A stretch of DNA of 64,000 nucleotides from Phoronis australis (taxonomy: Eukaryota; Animalia; Phoronida), in contig NMRA01000047.1 in the NCBI GenBank assembly GCA_002633005.1, positions 123,224 through 187,223 of the forward strand, given 5' to 3'. Positions within the stretch are counted from its first letter, which is position 1; each line of letters opens with the position of its first letter. The notes below the pieces were generated by a model, which saw nothing but the letters and a program-made list of their open reading frames with translations, made no database searches and had not been told where the DNA came from. This document shows, one piece after another, positions 51,101-64,000 of the stretch. Position numbers and translations under genes: made by a program.

Positions 51101-53296
51101 AATAAAATACTCAGCATCTTCATTACCCGACAGATTTGGAACGCAATTCAAGCTGTGTATTGTAGAATTTTGCCCAGTAGGCGCCATGGCACGTACTTGG
51201 TGGAAACTACAGGAATTACAATGAGAGCATAATGTTTATCTATTTGGAATTTGTCGGAAGCAGTTACAGCTCAGTGACATACAGGGCGAAGTACCAATTC
51301 AGTGATCTTGTAGGCATCAAAATTGAAGGCTCCGGCGGTTCTTGTATTTTTTATATAGTACTTAGCCTTGAAAACAGTTTTCAAACCATACTTGGTGTTA
51401 AGGTTGCATAGGAATTTAACGACACCTACATTTGTATATGTGTATGCAGTAAAAATATCTACAAAACTAAGCCTTCTGTAAAGGCATACGTTTCCTGTAG
51501 GCATGAAGTCCAACCGTAGAATTTGATTTTTGACTGTGAAGCATTTGCCATTAACGGCGTCACGTGACCCTTTCTAGTGAAATTTAGCAAAAAGAAAGGA
51601 ACATTGAGTATTGATAGCAAAATAACGGTATCGATATTGTGAACAAATTTCATTTGATATAAATGTTCAAGATGAAATCTCAACGCTGTTGCTGTTTGCT
51701 TAATTATCATTTTGTTTTTATTTTCTTTTGCTTTTGGAATATGGGCAAAAGTTAAGAGGAACGTTGAGTATTTATTCTTATTCCTCACTTCCTTGTACAT
51801 TTCCATTATGACATAAACTCATCAGCGTCTTACCCTTGCAGAAACCGTTTGTCCGACACCACTTCCGCTATTGAATCTTCTACCAGGAAGTGAAAGTAAA
51901 AGCATTTGTCACACCAGACAGCGGCGTGAAAGAAATCAACGTAAAAATCGACTCGTCAAGTCAAGGAAGTACTTCCTGACGTAGCAACATTTCGTCTTTA
52001 TTATGTTTCATTATGATCACCAACGTCATGTAGGCCTTCAAGTCCTAAAGCACACGTTTTTAACCCTTATTGAATGGTTAGAAGACATTATAAGGACCCA
52101 CACAGTACCTATCCCATAACCAATACACAATCAGTAGTCGAAGAAAGTTTAAACTAACCGCGATTCCGGAAGAACAATTCATTCGGCTGTGCGACTGGAG
52201 CAGTGTCTGTTACGAGCCTGCAAACGCTTTTCAAATAATCAATGGCGGACTTCAACTTAAATAGAACCAAAATAGGGACACTTTGTACTGAAAATATTGA
52301 CAAGATGGGGCAAAAGAAATTTTGACAGAAAATGTTTTGCCGGACTCCGTCGGACCTGCAGCCGGATGACCCGGTGCATACCGATCAAGACCACTCCACT
52401 GACAAAAGACGAAGGCATGCCGTCCCCGGCTGTTTTATGGGAATAAATGGTTCAAATCATGAATGCCGTATACATACAAAGATAGTTTCCGACACTTGTA
52501 TAAAATTACGGACTAGTAACAGTCCTGCAGCAACGATTGAATAACAACAGGCCAACTATGGCGGGCTACTAGGTTAAGCGGTTTTTTTTTTATTGGGTTT
52601 AACTAACTCTCATAAACAAACGGTATAAACAACGAATATGCAACATCAAATCATCGAATAAAATTGCTATACAGTTTGAATATCTTGACAGTTAAACTTG
52701 CGTAAATATGGAAAAGATATTTAGACGCGACTTCCCTAGGGCCGGGCGGCTGATTGCCAAGTGAATACCATTTGTGGCGAAATAATTCCAGGTAGGAAAC
52801 TTGCCATGGTACGACTGCAGGCCGGGGAATTACTTCGCCGGTTTCTGTGTCCTGGCAGCAAAATCAAGCAATGCTGTGGAGCTCACTGTCACTTTTGAGA
52901 TAAAACTTGTTTTTGTTTGTCGAAACATCGCCGGATGTGGATTTTTTTCTTTCTATTTTACATTGTTAAACGGCCGGTAAAGCCGGTGCCGATTTGCTGC
53001 TCGGCAATTAGGCAGTGCTCTCACACATCCGGGTAGTTACCGTGACACGGCAATAGCTCATTTCAGGCTGATGGGCCTACTTTGCATCAAGTTCGAGATA
53101 TGGCGATGAAGATAAGACATTTGTTGATCAAGAAGCTTTTTAGTCTAATTTATTGCCTAAACAGTTACTGTTACTGAAATTTGACGTGCCCTCGCGATGA
53201 GTCATGGCTGCACCTCAGTAGCCGAGCGTTGGCTACTCTACGAGGGAGACTTAGCGAAGATACTTAATTTGTATAACATTCATCATGTGCAAAGAA

Positions 53297-53447
53297 CAGG
53301 TACACTTAGGACAATAAATAATAAAGTTGTATAAAAAGAACCAAAATGGGAATCAAAAACAACCATACAAGGTACAATTAGGACAATGAATAATCTAGTT
53401 TGTATAAAAAGAACCAAAATGGGAATCAAAAACAACCATACAAAGTA
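53297..53447. repeat. Tandem duplication of about 72 bp
   Basis: AGGTACA.TTAGGACAAT.AATAAT...TTGTATAAAAAGAACCAAAATGGGAATCAAAAACAACCATACAA occurs twice. Confidence 0.85.
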
Positions 53448-55224
53448 ACAAATGTTTGAAGACATGTCTAGTCACATAGGAAAAATGAAGTTACCTCCTG
53501 ACATTGTCACAAGGTGAAAAGACTACTGTTCGGGGCTACGGTCCATGGAGTAATGTAAAACGTTTTGGTTTCAGGACAAGTGATATCAGAAAACTATTCT
53601 GCCAGTGGATGGATGTGACATGTCATTCAAGCCATCAATGGACCTGACCTTTCCGCGATACAGCGCATCGTCCAGTCATATCGCACACAGTATTCACTGC
53701 AGTCGCTTTGTCGCTATCCTTCATAAGCGGCGCACTTTTAGCATTAGCCGGGTAAATAATGCGAGCGCGCCCCAGTATAATTTTTTTAGACTTGCGACAT
53801 TTAGCGAGCTGACTAGCGACATATGGCGACTTTTGATTTAAAAAATAGTTCACAAACTAGTTCTTACCGGTGCGTCAGCACCTTTTCCTGATGAAAAGAA
53901 AACATGTCAGTGTCAAGACCGGTACATTATTTTACACGACAAACTATGCCGTGAAAATTGGTAAAGTTAGTAATGAATCAGAAACAGTCATGTAATATGA
54001 AAATAACAAATTTAAACCTTGAGTTCATATTGCATGTTTGACACAATTCAACTTAATTCAGTTTTATCCCCCAGGTAATTCAAAATTGTCGAACCGGCCC
54101 ACTCCAAATCGCGAGTGTTGATTAAAGTCATTGAGAGACTAAGTCACGTTTGCGGTTGGGATAGAGTTTCAGCTACCCCTGAGCCTCAGCGAAAGGAGGT
54201 GCCCAATAAGGACATGGCGATGGCTGTTGATGGGGAGGGTCACACCATTATCCCTCTGCTGCTCGAACCTGATACCTTTCGCTACACCCATTTTTATTCC
54301 TTTTAAAAACGTGTTATTTACTAATTGACACTTAATTTCTATTATTCCATGGGCAAAACTCTAGTTTAAATTCATATTCAAATGCCATTTTGCTTGTGGT
54401 CATATGATATTTATTTTATTTTTTTAACTTTATCAAGACAGTGTTTGCTGGAATTTAATTTAAAGTGATTGATTACTTTTTACGATTACCAAATCAAACG
54501 GACACTACTATGTGTCACTTTAAATCTATTGACTCACTTGGTATCTGTTTTACATTACAGATCACTGATTTCCTCTTTCTTGTCTCAGTTTTGCCTTGAT
54601 TGATCAGGCTGGGTGCTATTTTTGCACCTGTAGGCACGTGCCACTGTTGGGGGTATACTTGTGCAGCTCAGCTGATCTGGGATGTTCTTGAAGTTGTGAA
54701 ACTTCCATGTAACGAGTAGGAGGGGTGGGGCGTAAGCAAAAATCACCAGAAGAGTCCTTTTAAAAAATCTGCATAGCCTAATGCACTTTGTTTTTTCCTA
54801 AGGCCTGCCCTATGAGAGTGTCCCTCCGGGTGATCTCCGTGAGAAAAGTCACCAATTTCTAATTTCCTTGGAGGTAAAATAAATTACAACGAGAGTTGGA
54901 GTTATATAGAAACGATAATTTTGCCAGCGTTCACTAATACGTACCTAAACATGCAAGAAGAAGAGAAAGCCTCCTTTTGGAGAATCTGTGCGTCGCTCTA
55001 CTCTTATAAACAAGCAGAAATATCTTGGCTAGGCTGTAAAAAGTGAGTCCAGCAGTAGTATCTTATGAATTTGCTCTTAAAATTTCTCCCTAAGTACAAG
55101 TTTCTTTTCTCTTCTGTACCCTGTCCTCGGTTCTACGCTTTTGCAGGTCGTTTCATTTCACCCTAACCCCTACAAATTGTGGAGGACATGTGTATGGTTG
55201 GCGCAGTGCGACATATTTCCGACC

Positions 55225-55700
55225 TATGACATAAACCCGAATTTTTCTTCAATCAGTCTGCTTGATGTCAAACAAAAATAATAACCTCTGATATAAAAGA
55301 ATTTATGCCTGATATAGATCTGGTTTGATGTAGAACATATATTATTGATGTCAACCATAATCCTATTTATATCAGATATAAATAAGACTAACACCACTAT
55401 TGTTCTATTGATATCTGACATAAGCTGAACTTATGTTTGACATAGGTCTCCCAATACAATTGTTCGATACAAGGCAGCAAGAACTGGCCTCATGGCCTTT
55501 CAAATGAATCAACGAATGCATCGACGATTCTCATTGGCTGACTAATATCAGACATAAATATGATTTACGACAAATATAAGTAGAACAGTGGTGGATATTA
55601 ATGCTCTTTATGTCCGATATAAATAGACTTATGGTTGACATTAATGAATTACGTACAATGATATTCGAGAATTATGTCAGGCATAATCAATTATGCCTCC
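55225..55700. repeat. Inverted-repeat element built from TTATGTC.GA(C/T)ATAA motifs
   Basis: Arms at about 55290-55445 and 55540-55695; the mirror ORFs 'SDINR.MVDIN' on both strands reflect the palindrome. Confidence 0.6.
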
Positions 55701-56159
55701 TTCTCCACCCCCTTCCCCCCGTTGCCTACGGTCCTGCCACTAACCGTTATAATAATAATCTCTCCTTACCCCTCTCTATTTAAATGTGTTCTCTGGGCTC
55801 AGGAAGAACTAAAATTTCGTCATTGCTTTAAAAAAGCCTGAATAAAATTCAGGTCACGACTCGAAGTTTCGAGATACTGACACGTCGATTCGGGGCAAAA
55901 TCATTCAGTTAAGGTTTACTATAATTTTAACGGATCTAATTTATCCTGCACGATGACGAACGTCTTTGAAGGTTTCAAGAATAGGACACGGCTTATTATA
56001 TAATTGGCTACTGCGCCGTTAGTTTTTCCAAAAAAGACTGAAAACCTGTTAGCTCAAACATTTTTAAAATCGTGCTATCACATAGTGAATGTTGTAATTT
56101 GGCAGACTTGGCTTGGATTGTCAAGCTTGGTTCCAACTAATTTCACAATGTAGTGCCTT

Positions 56160-56272
56160 TACACACACACACACACGCACGCACGCGCGCGCGCGCACAC
56201 ACACACATGTACGTATACGTATGTGTACACGTGAACGCACATGTACATGTACCTGTATATGTACTACTGTAC
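56160..56272. repeat. Compound (CA)n/(CG)n/TACATG microsatellite
   Basis: Directly visible alternating purine-pyrimidine tract. Confidence 0.9.
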
Positions 56273-57582
56273 AGGTGATCAGGCTTTCCATGTTTCAGGT
56301 TGCTGTTCCGATTCACAGTTGCGGTTCCGAACAGTTTGCCGGGCTCAAATCGCTTCATGCGCGATATTCTTTGTACGGTATCAGTTAATGGCCACATAAA
56401 AATGAAGAGTCCAAACGTTTCGCCTAATATGTATATTTTGCAGTTACATTTTTGCGACTTTTTAAAGCATTATAATCATCGTTGTTAGGTCGTACAGCCA
56501 AAATACAGAGTGAACAACAAAAGACATCATTTCTCATTGATACACTGAACGTTCACATGCCTTTCATTCAGAATTTAGATCAAATATCTGATCGGCGGTC
56601 TGCAAACACAACTCCTATACAGGTGCAACGAGCCTGAACGAACTAAAAAAACTATAGCAATAGCTTACCTAGCAGGTCATCGCACAGATGTTAGATAGTA
56701 TTAATCTACATTTAGAAAAAGTTTATGGTCGTCTCAACTCATTTAAAGCCACAAGCTGTATTGTTCAATATTTTTCTGCAATGAAAGTAAATTAAAGTAT
56801 CACCTAAAATAATGCTTACCCGAAATCTCTATCAAACAGGAATAAGACACGCTTATAGCTGGCCACATGCAGTCTAAATAATGGAGTCCAATGAACAGTT
56901 ACGGCTTAACAAAATGCGTTGCAGCGCATTATGAAAAGTGGTGGTGTAGAACACAGTATGCCCCTTAACTTGTATTGGATACCTTGAAGCCTGAGTGTCA
57001 ACTTTCAATCCGTGGGAAAGAATAAATGGGTCTAAGGGAATAGCAACCACAAACTTAGAATCCTACGCCAGAATCGTTTAATTGATAACTCAGACCATTG
57101 AATATCGTACGTGCGAGCCCGCGAAGTTCGGTCTAAAAAGGGATGCTTACGACTTGCACTATCACTACATTCTTACAGGTTGTTTGTACGCATGATTCAA
57201 TGACCGTAGCTATTACGGATTTTGCTCAATGAATTGGTGATATGGGAACAGATTTTCAAAAAAACTCCCCAATCCAACCTACACCAGCGGTCTACAATCG
57301 ACACTAATAACTTATCACGGGTCAATAGCAACTTTGCAGACGGCGAACTACAGAGCTAATTCCGTGCGCTATACAAAATACTCATTTCCACACAGAAACC
57401 AACATTTGCTCAGCTAATTAAATCATCAGTCATCATTGTTGGAGTGTGACCCCACCCCTGTCAATTACATCCTTGTGGCGATCTCAAGTAAAGCACACAA
57501 AAGAAAATAGGACCAGTTAGGTTAACATAAGCTTAAATAATTGTAGACAGATGGTACTCTAGGCTAAAAATATATATTTATA

Positions 57583-58290
57583 TGCGCTAACTGCGATGCG
57601 ATACCGAAGCTAGTTTATAGTTAAACAACACGTGTAAGTGAGATAAAAGGTCATAAATACATGTATATTATGACAAACTAAACTATTGCAGGTATCGATA
57701 AATACAAAAGTTATGTAGTTTGTTGAGCTGTAAAGGTGGGTGACAATCTGCTAGGCAAACAGCAGTATGGGAGGTCCAATGAAGCAATGAAGGTATACAC
57801 ACGTGTTGAACTAGAAAGGTAAGTAACAATATGCGGAAGCAAAACAACAACACCAGGACAGCGACATGAGAAAATCGAGTGTAATGGGAAGGAAAGAAAA
57901 TTGGTTTGAGGGAGAGAGGGAAACAGAAATTGACTGAAAACTCGAAACTTGAAGAGAATTATGGACGATGGCCCAGTGTTGGGACAAGACAGAGATCACG
58001 TGGTACAATTAAACCAATAATCGTAGAACAAAGAGGGTCACTGACCCGTGAATCCAAACGATATGATAATGAAGACGAAGCAGAATAGCTTACGTAAAAT
58101 AATTTAATACTTAAATAATATTCATAAGAGCGCTAACCGCGAAGCGATACCGAAGCTAGCTTACAGTAAAACAACACGTGTAGGTGAGATAAAAAGGTCA
58201 TATATATCATGACAAACTAAACTACTACACATATCGATAAATACAAAAGTTATATAATATGTTGAGCGGCAAAGGTGGGTGACAATCTGC
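57583..58290. repeat. Two direct repeats of about 165 bp (57583-57750 and 58130-58290) in the TLR-B 3' flank
   Basis: GCGCTAAC.GCGA.GCGATACCGAAGCTAG...AAAGGTGGGTGACAATCTGC occurs twice; the region is missing from the TLR-A 3' flank. Confidence 0.85.
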
Positions 58291-58316
58291 CATAGATGCA
58301 GCAGAAGGATGCATCC

Positions 58317-58321
58317 GTGTA

Positions 58322-58376
<55 letters not shown>

Positions 58377-58406
58377 GCGTGTCCGTGTGCGTGTGTATGT
58401 GTGTGT
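58317..58406. repeat. (GT)n microsatellite
   Basis: Long GT run with GC interruptions. Confidence 0.95.
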
Positions 58407-58469
58407 AAACGTAGTATGCTATTTCTAAAAGATTTTGTATTACTTTGGAGTTCAGAATAAGAGCAAATT

Positions 58470-61400
58470 TTAGTCAGCCACCTCAGGTTCTCTATTTAAA
58501 GTTCCTTTCAACATTTCCCAGAATGCCTCTTGCGCCACGGCGTCGTCTGCTGGCCACTTTAGATACGTGCGCGCTCGCAGGAGATTGACAAGTGTGAGAG
58601 GTGCGTTTTGAACAGGTATGTCTTCAAGGAGGATCAAAAGTAGAACGTCCTTCTGTTGTCGGCGAAAGATATCCCTAGCCATATGCATTTCGAATATGCA
58701 CCATTCGCTTTTTAGGAAGTTTCTACAAGCAAAGTAAGAAATAAAGTTACGTGATATTAAGAGTTGTTTCTGTATGCAAAAGCATTTTACATATCGAAGA
58801 AGCATGACAAAACGAAAACAATATGCAAGGACAGATTCAGCTGCCAGTGACGAAATGGTGACAGTTATTATTTCAGCAATCATGAGAGAACTTTTGATAT
58901 TCGTTTGCTTTAGTCATGTATGTAGAAGAAAAGTGTGCAGGTTACGAAATGTGTACTAGAAATTTGCAACAAATGTCTGTCCTTGTATTACAAAATACGT
59001 TGTAAACAGGAAGAAAGATGTCATTGAATGGCATACCAGCGGTACAAAGACCCAAGCGTTCCGTGAAGCTAGATTTCTGCCGGACTTTGGGGCCACAGAA
59101 ATACATGTATTTGTTAGCTATCAATACGTATCATAAGTGAAGCACTTGATTTCGCTAATATTCACTAACGAGTATCTGGCGTCACGGAATAATAGATGCC
59201 TGGCCCCCTTGCAAACAGATGCGCGTGTTTACTAACACGACGAGTCTACGAGCAGGTAGACTGATTACCGTGTGGCACGGACGTCAAAGTACATGTACAC
59301 GAGCACGTATGACTCAAATTGGGTGGCATCAAACGTAACTCTTCTCAATCCTCACAGCTTCGCTGCTTACGACATTTAGGGACTCCTTTTTACCTTGAGA
59401 CAACAAGAATAGAATGACGACTGCTTTCGATTGCTTCTATAACAGTCTCTTCAATGTGTCTACCGGGAAGGAAGTTTCTGTAGTGAATACAAAGACCAAA
59501 GTCACTGTCATCTTCTAGTCTAGCTCTCAGCACTTCATGCACCCAATGCCGATCTTAAGAACTATAAACAACAAAGGCGTCAAACTGGAATCTGCGTCGC
59601 ATTTGAGAAGATTCACGAGACCTCCTGGCTGCAAAAACAATCCAGAATTTAATAGTCCATCTGTGTCGGTAAAGAAGACTCCCAAGCACGACAAAAAGGG
59701 CTATAAATATAGACAAAGACACTGAAACTACAACCCATGTAAAACTGGTACATCTGCGTGATAGATCATCCAAGTCAACTTCCCGTACATACATGTTGTG
59801 CCTAACGTCACAGCGGTAGTGGTCTGCGTGCAAGAGAGTAACTGTTCTTGGTTCTGACGACACATTATGGAACCATTGCAGAAATGGGAGAAACTGGCAG
59901 GACGAGCAGTTGAAAGGGTTTTGCGAGAAGTCAATTGAAAGGTTTTTCCCTCGCCATACTCGCAAGGATACTACCGAAATCATTCGGATTAGGTTTCTCG
60001 AGAAGTTGACGGTTTTCAGCGATGGCATTTCCGTTATGTTCATCCAAGTATTGTCAATGAAATTACGCGAAAAATCCATAAATTCGACTGAATTTTGTTT
60101 GAAAGACTTGACTGCGTAAAGTCTATTTTGATGAAGAACAATTGTTTTAATTTTTGTGAGTTCACTGAACACTTCCGGATATAATTCATCAACGATGTTG
60201 TTGTCTGTCAAGTCTAGATGCGTCAAGTTGTTTAGGTTTAAGAAGTGTTTCGTTTTCTTGTCTCGAAACATAACGTAGAGCTTGTTTCCTTTGAGAACTA
60301 ATTTCTCTAAAGCAGGAAATGCTTTGTATCGGTCGGCGGGTATCCGGCGAAAAACATTATTTGACAACACGAGAACTTGGAGAGAGTTGAAGCATGGATA
60401 AGGTTTACCCTTGAAAGGCCAATATCTGAAGTAGTTGTGGCTTAAATCCAAGAAGCTTAGCTTGTTCTTAAAACAATCTAAGTTATACACAAAGGTGCCA
60501 GGCCGGAAAGTCCCTCGCAATATCAATGTTTTAAGATTTGGTGGAAAGGTAATCGTGGGTTGGCCTACGTCCACGTTAGCTCTGTAGTTAGTCCAATGGT
60601 TCACGAAGTGTTCACCTGATTCATTTACTTTATAAAGTCCAAAGTTGCCTTTTATCTTTTTATTCTTGTGCCAGTAATTAACGTCAACAAACGTCAAATT
60701 GCTCATTGTTGCAACTTTCGTTATGAACTTTATCAAACCTGTTTCTTTGGCAGATGCCAAGAAGGTGTTTCTGCCGATATAAATCGTCCTCAGGTAATTC
60801 CAATTGTAATTTATATTATCAGCTTCGATCAAGGTGATATGGTCTTGAACAAGAGATAAGTTTTGTATTGGAAGATGCTTGAATACAGACATCATTTCCT
60901 TTGTCAACTTTACTGGCTTAAAGATAGGATTTACATACTCCAAATCAAGGTGAGTGAGAGGAGATTTCAGATGTCGTAACAAATTAACGGATGCATTGAG
61001 ACCCAAATCTTTGTTGAGACCAATGTCAAAACTTTGAAGTCTGGTAAAATGTGATAGCGCAGATTCTTCAATTTGTACTATGCGACACCTGCGCACTGAA
61101 AGAGCAGTTATGTTACGTATGTGCTGAAACGTGTCTTTTGGAACAAATAGCGGATCTTCTCCTGGTGCAAACATCACTATTTTTACTAGTGCTTTGAGAG
61201 CCTTGAATTTTTTGTCAAATATGGCTACTGTGTATCGTTCTTGGTTGTCTTCGTGAGCCGCACGCTCGTTGTAAACAAAATCCATAGTGAGATTGTTCAA
61301 CTTCCTCAGGGATGAGAATATCTGACTTGGATATTTCGTATTCGCCTGTTTAAGCACCTGGTTTTCGATAAATAAAGTTACCAAATTTGACAAAGGCTTA

Positions 61401-61849
61401 AATGCTGCTGACGGTAAGGCATCGTAGCGCAAACTGTTATTGTTTAACCGAAGTGATTTCAGAAACCTAAGTCTGTTAAAAGCTTTTCTTGTAATTACTG
61501 TTAGGTTGTTTTTCGACAGATCTATGAATTCGATATATGGCAAAAGTTCGAATGCGTTATCACCAATTCTTCCGATACGATTTCTGCTGAGATCAATATT
61601 GATACATTTCCCGTCTTTACACTCAAATGTTATATGTCTCGGTATGGTCGAAAGTCCTCTGCCTGAACAGTCAATGGTTACATTGTCACTCAGTAATTCA
61701 CATGTTCGTAGTTTGCCTGATACCATTGGCTCGATTTGCACGTGATCATCTTCCCCGTGAATGTTGCCTAGACCAGATGTTGATGGTGCAAACAGCAGGA
61801 GTACAGAGCATCCAACGAGTACTGGTGGCACTTTGTAGCAATACCCCAT
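58470..61849 (-). pseudogene. TLR: Toll-like receptor B, tandem paralog of TLR-A, with a premature stop in TIR box 1 (764-aa TIR-less product or null allele)
   Basis: Same architecture and intron position as TLR-A: exon 61849-59394, intron 59393-58723, exon 58722-58470. The codon at 59557-59555 is TAA where TLR-A has GAA (YSS-E-D). The frame after the stop stays open and conserved (DRHWVHEVLRARLEDDSDFGLCIHYRNFLPG...; exon 2 RNFLKSEWC...FWEMLKG). Confidence 0.9.
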
Positions 61850-63144
61850 GTCCTATGGATTCAGGTTATGTGCTTCTTCTCAAACCTGTAATATCGTGAT
61901 TGAGTCAATATGAATGATTAAATTGATCATTGAATTTGGTCAATGAATGTGTAAACTGTTGTACATGCTTGTTATACGGCATTCTAATTACGAAATTTGT
62001 TTTGCACGAACATCCAATCCTGCCTATATTCGTGCACAGAAAATTTAAGTCATATCTTTGAAACAGCAGCTAAAATCAAATAGGTTATTAATGAAAAACT
62101 ATTTGCAAACGGGAGCTACACGCCTAAGAATATACTGAGATATGCGTTTTATATCTCAAAGAAATGGTTTAATTACAACATGCACAATTTTCGCATTTTA
62201 TTGTCATTTTTCATGAGAATCAGATAGTGAAACCCGTAGTAACTAATGTGTTTCACCAACACAATCGTATTTGTGGTTTTTATGGTCACTAGAATCTAAA
62301 TCATCTATCACAAAAAGCGAGCAAAATACAAAAATTCTACAGTTCTTAAACCCGAAACCAAGACCCGCACGCGACTACAAGATTTCCGCAGGCTATCAAA
62401 TATCTCCAAAGTCTAAAAATTGACTGAATCGTTGGAGTCGAGCAACCTAATTGTTTGCTTACCTTATACGTTTGAGGGGTTCCTGAGTGGCCAGCAAACT
62501 GTTCATTTTTCAAAACAAATTTAAAACCAATCAAATACTATCTATGGCCACCACAACAAGTGTAAATTTTAATAAAAAGTTTTAGCCAATCCAACGCAAG
62601 AGGAAGCCGTTAAAAAACGCCATCGTCAAGCCCATCGCCAACAAAAACGCCACTGTATTACCTACATGAAAGCAGGTGTTATCAAATGTTGCCATTATGA
62701 AGTTACTAATGAAAATGTCGTGACGTTCTTATGTGAGGTTGAGGAGATACAGTTGCGGACCCCTTACCAACAATGAAGAACCCGACACGGCAGAGACCTC
62801 GTCCAGAACCCGCGGACTTATATGTATACTCAAAATCGAACGTAATATTATGCTTGGCATTTTCTGCCCTTCATACCAACTGTTGTGTGAACTCAAGGCC
62901 ATTGTCTATGAGTGAGTGCTTGAGTGTGCTAAGGTTTGCGTGGATGACTTTCTAATCTTAGTTTGTACTTGATGGTCCCAGCATTAAAGCTGTGAGTTAG
63001 GGTCTGAACTCGATATCTCGGGACTTTACTCGAATGCTAGGGTCATAAAGTACGATTCTTGGACTAGAAACTCATCTGAGTAAAACATAATGTACTTTTA
63101 AACACATAATAGGAGACGCTTATTTTGAGTTTGCACAAAGGTAT

Positions 63145-63355
63145 ATGTTGTATCAGACGTGCGCAGGCCGCCCCAATGTGACCATTGCACTGATCACCTG
63201 GAACCATTTTATGCTTCGTTATTATATAGTTAAAACCGAACTGAGGGCCTAGAAACCTGACTCAAGGGTTTAGCAGTGTGACCCATTGGAAGTCGAACAC
63301 AACATCTCGAGTAAAGAAAGCGAGCATCTATCACACTAGGCCGCATTGCCTCCTC
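63145..63355 (-). mobile_element. Degenerate tRNA-derived SINE
   Basis: The - strand shows A-box-like GCGGCCTAGTG, B-box-like GTGTTCGACTTCC, and a CCCTTGAG.CAGG body. The segment is absent at the paralogous position near 49205. Confidence 0.45.
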
Positions 63356-64000
63356 TTACAAAAGTACAAGAGAAAAATTAGATGAAAGTTCGGTTTCGGG
63401 TACAAAGGTTTCACACGGGGGCGTGATGTGGACCAGATTTGACGCTTAAGGTTACGTAGAAAAATATTCAAATTTAGCAAACTTCGGAACATCATATCCC
63501 AAAAATGGCTGATCGGATTTATGGGGATTTTTCAGATACTATGAACTGTTCTCCAAAAGGTCATTAGGAATTGTCTTTGTCATGTTGCACTTTTGCATGA
63601 GGGATATCAAAAAACATAAATTTACATAAAAGGAAAACGAATGAGAATTTAGAAAAGTTAGAAAACTGTAGCAACGCTTTTGAGATTTCATCATGAACAT
63701 TCATATCAAATTCGGTATGTAAGCCAAGTGAATGTGTTTTTTCTGTATTTGTGAACATGCTGAGTTCGGGTTTTTTTCAGTTGGACTTGTATCGCAAGCA
63801 ACAGCTCAGTCCAGAGCCCTGAATATGCAAATGAAATTCAAAGATAAAGACCTTGTGTCTTAGAAGCCAAGTACCACAGATCATCATGCTATAAAAAATA
63901 GAAAGACAACGATTGTGAAGAGTGACGAATTCACAGTTTTCAGAGATGTTTTTCTACAGTTTTGTTTGGAGCTCATTGAATCGAAGCTTCTAACACAAGG

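Larger units (their letters stand above)
57400..63722. repeat. Copy 2 of the tandem segmental duplication carrying TLR-B
   Basis: Colinear with copy 1 but lacks the 8.2-kb insert at 40811-49044 and the large intron inserts. Confidence 0.85.

Noticed and set aside
58723-58883. N-terminal part of the 137-aa ORF 58470-58883
   Set aside because: It is intron sequence upstream of the TAG acceptor at 58723; only 58722-58470 is exon.
59555-59557. Selenocysteine or programmed readthrough in TLR-B
   Set aside because: The codon is TAA, not TGA. It replaces a Glu and is followed by G rather than a leaky context.

Overview
Repeat-dense, AT-rich, intron-containing DNA from an animal genome, most likely a marine invertebrate (the species cannot be determined from this sequence). 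Three genes lie on the minus strand. One is a 4-exon tandem-rhodanese sulfurtransferase (TST/MPST family, 14505-17743) with an apparent signal peptide and an unusual CRSGIL active-site loop. The other two are tandemly duplicated single-cysteine-cluster Toll-like receptors. TLR-A (33848-39591) is intact. TLR-B (58470-61849) has one in-frame TAA, where TLR-A has GAA, at the start of the TIR domain, and is otherwise open. A possible decayed C-type-lectin/FN2 receptor lies at about 29.6-31.6 kb. The rest is mostly decayed, nested transposons: two Kolobok-type elements, each with a THAP-transposase relic facing a P2X7-ballast-like Zn-cluster gene; two ISL2EU-type elements with AT target-site duplications (THAP plus SWIM/YqaJ); a rearranged Gypsy relic; Tc1 and non-LTR 3' fragments; MULE-, hAT/P- and Harbinger-like MITEs; foldback palindromes; and tRNA-derived sequences. 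The TLR duplicate supplies an internal 'empty site' showing that the 8.2-kb Kolobok nest upstream of TLR-A inserted at a TTAA. No CRISPR array, rRNA or intact tRNA gene was seen. All calls come from reading by eye; no searches were run.
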